Shown piece after piece: positions 63,601 through 64,000 of a DNA stretch of 64,000 nt; the first letter of the stretch is position 1; the number at the start of each line of letters is the position of its first letter. The DNA is from Laetmonice hystrix. Taxonomy: Eukaryota. A program made the position numbers and the translations under genes. Under the pieces are notes generated by a model, which did no database searches, had not been told where the DNA came from, and saw nothing but the letters and a program-made list of their open reading frames with translations. The stretch is taken from contig OZ249444.1 of assembly GCA_965235115.1 (NCBI GenBank), forward strand, positions 17,670,001 through 17,734,000. Direction: 5' to 3'.

Positions 63601-64000
63601 TTAAGTCACTGTGACCGCTTTGTTCCTCCAGGAGATGCTGAGGTACACACAGAACGACACAGGGTGTGACGAACTTCAGCAGGCACTCGACGCCATGCTT
63701 AGTGTCCTCAAATACGTCAATGATATCATGCACCAGATCGGCATCACAGGGTTCAACGTTAGTATCTTCTACCGAGTTCATTTGAGAAGAAATCTGAAGA
63801 AAAAAGATTAGTTGTTAGAAAATTATTCTAACCTTATTATAATTGTTAGTTTTTATATTTGATCAAATAGGTATATGTGAGAAGTTATTGAAGTAAATGT
63901 TTTGGTTTCCAGGGTAACTTGTCAGACGCTGGACGCCTGTTGATGCAGGGAGCGTTCCATGTTTGGACGGCACACAAAAAGGACAAAATCCGCGACATCC
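1732..64000 (+). CDS. MCF2L: MCF2L/DBS-family Rho GEF, multi-exon gene span (CRAL-TRIO, spectrin repeats, DH, PH start); 3' end outside window
   Basis: Manually spliced exons all have AG/GT boundaries with matching phases and give 875 open codons. Translated motifs follow the DBS order: [122 protein letters not shown]. Family assignment is from recalled family motifs; MCF2L versus MCF2L2/MCF2 orthology is not resolved. Confidence 0.93.
3757..3880. mobile_element. Short foldback/MITE-like element
   Basis: Perfect 12-bp terminal inverted repeat CAGGAGTAGGTA/TACCTACTCCTG extending imperfectly to about 35 bp; no clear TSD. Confidence 0.55.
4011..4170. repeat. Minisatellite, 32 bp x5
   Basis: ATCATTTTGTTATTGGTGAAGTCCACGAAGTA starting at 4011, 4043, 4075, 4107, 4139. 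Confidence 0.95.
5101..5990. repeat. C-rich compound tandem array containing telomeric CCCTAA (5x ~81 bp, 2x ~108 bp, 7x 36 bp)
   Basis: Units read directly; each carries CCCTAA and CGATCG. Confidence 0.95.
6593..6664. repeat. (CTG)24 microsatellite
   Basis: 72 uninterrupted bp. Confidence 0.98.
7500..7647 (+). CDS. MCF2L: Candidate alternative first exon B (MVTQKMPPFRW...GVQDYQ), phase 1
   Basis: ATG 7500, 49 codons + 1 nt, donor AAG|GTAGGT at 7648; phase matches exon 31155. Confidence 0.45.
8596..8777. mobile_element. MITE (non-autonomous DNA transposon), 182 bp, 5-bp TSD
   Basis: TIR CAGGGCCGGATCCAGG vs reverse-complemented right end CAGGGCAGGATCCAGG (15/16); GACAG duplicated at 8591-8595 and 8778-8782. 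Confidence 0.85.
14046..14371 (+). promoter_or_regulatory. Candidate internal promoter and non-coding exon upstream of exon C
   Basis: TGACGTCA 14046-14053, ATTGG at 14100 and 14124, TATAAA 14151-14156, strong donor CAG|GTAAGA at 14372. Confidence 0.45.
14876..14927 (+). CDS. MCF2L: Candidate alternative first coding exon C (MAKRRFSDAPYKLIVNY), phase 1; whole exon 14717-14927 including 5'UTR
   Basis: Strong acceptor TTTTTTTCTTTATCAG ending 14716; in-frame upstream stops; ATG context AAGATGG; donor ATC|GTGAGT at 14928; phase matches 31155. Confidence 0.6.
17496..17648. repeat. Tandem duplication, ~73 bp x2
   Basis: GCTGCTCTGGTTGTAT...GGAGTTAGTTGATC starting at 17496 and 17569. Confidence 0.75.
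19598..19652 (+). CDS. MCF2L: Candidate alternative first exon D (MLEPPPLPEVDDNLLPLP), phase 1
   Basis: ATG with A at -3, 18 codons + 1 nt, donor CAG|GTAGGT at 19653; phase matches 31155. Confidence 0.45.
20634..21050. repeat. Tandem repeat, 107 bp x~3.9
   Basis: Unit starts at 20634, 20741, 20848, 20955. Confidence 0.95.
22820..22988. repeat. Degenerate AT-rich tandem repeat, ~55 bp x3
   Basis: ACATCTAA...CTACATAATAC...GTAATAA recurs three times. Confidence 0.7.
23042..23156 (-). mobile_element. 115-bp repeat with Pol III B-box (SINE-like or long TIR), copy 1
   Basis: Exact reverse complement of 25340-25454; contains GGTTCGATTCC and an A-rich end. Confidence 0.7.
25340..25454 (+). mobile_element. 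115-bp repeat with Pol III B-box, copy 2
   Basis: 115/115 identical to the reverse complement of 23042-23156. Confidence 0.7.
26443..26760. repeat. 162-bp tandem duplication with nested ~21-bp GACCAGTCCAGCGGTAACAAGA units
   Basis: Unit starts at 26443 and 26605. Confidence 0.8.
28047..29230. repeat. Minisatellite, ~51-57 bp, about 20+ copies
   Basis: Core GGTTAGGCTAGGCTCTGTCCCCTGTCGGAGGGC with variable linker. Confidence 0.97.
31155..31353 (+). CDS. MCF2L: Core exon, start of CRAL-TRIO domain (DYVMGESG...YLTSIPT)
   Basis: TTACAG acceptor, AC|GTACGT donor, phases 1 to 2; motif [19 protein letters not shown]. Confidence 0.95.
31390..31538. mobile_element. MITE of the same TIR family, 149 bp, 5-bp TSD
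   Basis: TIR CACTGGCGGATCCGGG vs CAGGGGCGGATCCAGG (13/16); CTACT duplicated at 31385-31389 and 31539-31543. Confidence 0.8.
31784..31874 (+). CDS. MCF2L: Core exon, CRAL-TRIO ([15 protein letters not shown]...MLLRIS)
   Basis: CGCAG acceptor, TCG|GTAAGT donor, phases 2 to 0. Confidence 0.95.
32311..32424 (+). CDS. MCF2L: Core exon, CRAL-TRIO ([25 protein letters not shown]...FKFK)
   Basis: TTTCTACCAG acceptor, AAG|GTCAGT donor, 114 nt. Confidence 0.95.
32702..32818 (+). CDS. MCF2L: Core exon, end of CRAL-TRIO (VLMCSSVEELY...[22 protein letters not shown])
   Basis: CCAG acceptor (third of three tandem copies), GCC|GTAAGT donor, 117 nt. Confidence 0.95.
39199..39435. repeat. Minisatellite, 43 bp x5.5
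   Basis: Unit starts at 39199, 39242, 39285, 39328, 39371, 39414. Confidence 0.95.
40531..40602 (+). CDS. MCF2L: Candidate alternative first exon E (MMYGCDNERQRLQQLYSVEESERK), phase 0; skips CRAL-TRIO
   Basis: 24 open codons from ATG, donor AAG|GTCAGT at 40603, phase 0 matches exon 41702; X-box-like motif at 40303. Confidence 0.6.
41702..41845 (+). CDS. MCF2L: Core exon, first spectrin-like region (AIEKFSANT...EQEWRE)
   Basis: Poly-T + AG acceptor, GAG|GTAAGT donor, 144 nt. Confidence 0.93.
42855..43003 (+). CDS. MCF2L: Core exon (VKEDLSSTIKHGDVLL...VTAVER)
   Basis: CCTGCAG acceptor, AAG|GTAAGT donor, phases 0 to 2. Confidence 0.92.
44635..45010. repeat. Tandem repeat, 94 bp x4
   Basis: GGTAAAGGCGAC starts at 44639, 44733, 44827, 44921. 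Confidence 0.95.
48939..49042 (+). CDS. MCF2L: Candidate alternative first exon G (MEPKCTLQIDLPFKLDLVSKTLPTARGHMPLPGRR), phase 2
   Basis: ATG context GGGATGG, 34 codons + 2 nt, donor AAG|GTAACC at 49043; phase matches exon 57204. Confidence 0.45.
52644..52769 (+). promoter_or_regulatory. Candidate internal promoter upstream of exon H
   Basis: GC boxes CCCCGCC at 52644 and 52749, CCAAT at 52739, TTTAAA at 52764, followed by a GC-rich block with an X-box (53136) and a donor (53156). Confidence 0.4.
54017..54243 (+). CDS. MCF2L: Candidate alternative first exon H encoding two hydrophobic (putative transmembrane) segments, phase 2
   Basis: In-frame TAG at 53996; ATG 54017; strongly GC3-biased codons; donor CCG|GTATGT at 54244; CG+G (Arg) joins exon 57204 in frame. 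Confidence 0.72.
55132..55180. repeat. Compound (ATC)n(AGC)n microsatellite
   Basis: About 7 ATC followed by about 8 AGC units. Confidence 0.9.
55487..55639. repeat. Minisatellite, 37 bp x4
   Basis: Unit starts at 55487, 55524, 55561, 55598. Confidence 0.95.
57204..57318 (+). CDS. MCF2L: Core exon, spectrin repeat (LLVQLEETERNFDDFW...FEEEFKQ)
   Basis: CTCTGCAG acceptor, CAG|GTCAGT donor, phases 2 to 0. Confidence 0.95.
57400..57509 (+). other. Candidate alternative terminal exon (VTSCIY-stop, AATAAA)
   Basis: Pyrimidine-rich acceptor ending TTTCTGCAG at 57399, TGA at 57418-57420, AATAAA at 57504-57509, GT-rich sequence downstream. Confidence 0.35.
57569..57688 (+). CDS. MCF2L: Core exon, spectrin repeat (VQYTVERHE...FEDESK)
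   Basis: CTGTAG acceptor, AAG|GTCAGT donor, 120 nt. Confidence 0.92.
58006..58197 (+). CDS. MCF2L: Core exon, spectrin repeat (EDIMRAEQL...HYAVDCIRPKCIEL...DRIDK)
   Basis: GCCAG acceptor, AAG|GTATAC donor, 192 nt. Confidence 0.94.
58535..58726 (+). CDS. MCF2L: Core exon (ANKWCTRGVDLLASQ...TPDTK)
   Basis: TTCTCAG acceptor, AAG|GTCAGA donor, 192 nt. Confidence 0.94.
58927..59154 (+). CDS. MCF2L: Core exon (NAVQEVLKRI...RPVQPVTPEP...SSSNK)
   Basis: TTTACAG acceptor, AAG|GTGAGA donor, 228 nt; RPVQPV resembles the DBS-family post-spectrin motif. Confidence 0.93.
59519..59658 (+). CDS. MCF2L: Core exon, pre-DH linker (LGARIEVVRDG...LHAKRG)
   Basis: CTGTTACAG acceptor, AGG|GTAAGT donor, phases 0 to 2. 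Confidence 0.88.
59859..59876 (+). CDS. MCF2L: Candidate 18-nt in-frame microexon (DETSQR)
   Basis: Acceptor GTTTTTTCTTTAACCTCAG, donor ACG|GTGGGT, symmetric phase 2-2, no stop. Confidence 0.6.
60958..61052 (+). CDS. MCF2L: Candidate alternative first exon I (MSVVCRSTSTLRKIKAK...EKKQG), or 75-nt cassette exon 60978-61052
   Basis: In-frame TGA at 60955 then ATG; internal acceptor TTTGTCGCAG ending 60977; donor AGG|GTGAGG at 61053; phase 2 matches DH exon 62346. Confidence 0.6.
62226..62313. repeat. Minisatellite, 29 bp x3, just upstream of the DH exon acceptor
   Basis: CAGTTTTTGGAGCAGTGTTTGGGCGGGAA starting at 62226, 62255, 62284. Confidence 0.85.
62346..62528 (+). CDS. MCF2L: Core exon, DH domain start ([14 protein letters not shown]...[14 protein letters not shown])
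   Basis: CTCTTTCAG acceptor, AC|GTAAGT donor; canonical DH conserved region 1. Confidence 0.97.
62756..62825 (+). CDS. MCF2L: Core exon, DH (IFLKDLENC...VGKCFIAR)
   Basis: TTTTTCAG acceptor, AGA|GTAAGT donor. Confidence 0.95.
63052..63147 (+). CDS. MCF2L: Core exon, DH (REEFQIYSTYCQNK...NPFFK)
   Basis: TTTGTAG acceptor, AAG|GTGAGA donor, 96 nt. Confidence 0.95.
63289..63381 (+). CDS. MCF2L: Core exon, DH ([31 protein letters not shown])
   Basis: TTGCAG acceptor, AAG|GTTTGT donor; canonical DH conserved region 3. Confidence 0.97.
63632..63757 (+). CDS. MCF2L: Core exon, DH end (EMLRYTQN...VNDIMHQIGITGFN)
   Basis: TTCCTCCAG acceptor, AAC|GTTAGT donor, 126 nt. Confidence 0.95.
63913..64000 (+). 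CDS. MCF2L: Core exon, PH domain start ([23 protein letters not shown]...), truncated by window edge
   Basis: TTTCCAG acceptor; GxLLMQGxFxVW is typical of Dbl/Trio-type PH domains. Confidence 0.95.

Overview
Eukaryotic (metazoan, probably invertebrate; taxon not determinable from the sequence) genomic DNA with GT-AG introns. One + strand gene occupies almost the whole window: an MCF2L/DBS-family Rho guanine-nucleotide exchange factor (CRAL-TRIO/Sec14 - spectrin repeats - DH - start of PH). Eighteen core exons (31155-64000) splice phase-consistently, and with the 1732-1900 first exon give an open 875-codon chain that runs off the right edge. The main observation is a set of candidate alternative first coding exons in the large introns, each ending at a donor whose phase matches the next core exon. 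Four enter upstream of CRAL-TRIO, one just after it, two in the spectrin region and one right at the DH domain. One (54017-54243) encodes a two-helix hydrophobic hairpin that would make a membrane-embedded RhoGEF. Also seen: an 18-nt microexon at the DH boundary, a triplicated in-frame splice acceptor, a candidate GEF-less terminal exon, clusters of RFX X-box-like and CTCF-like motifs, MITEs with 5-bp TSDs, a perfect 115-bp inverted pair, a telomere-motif array and many minisatellites. All isoform calls are predictions from splice signals, reading frame and composition; no expression data or database search was available. No rRNA, bona fide tRNA, CRISPR or intact transposase/RT gene was found.
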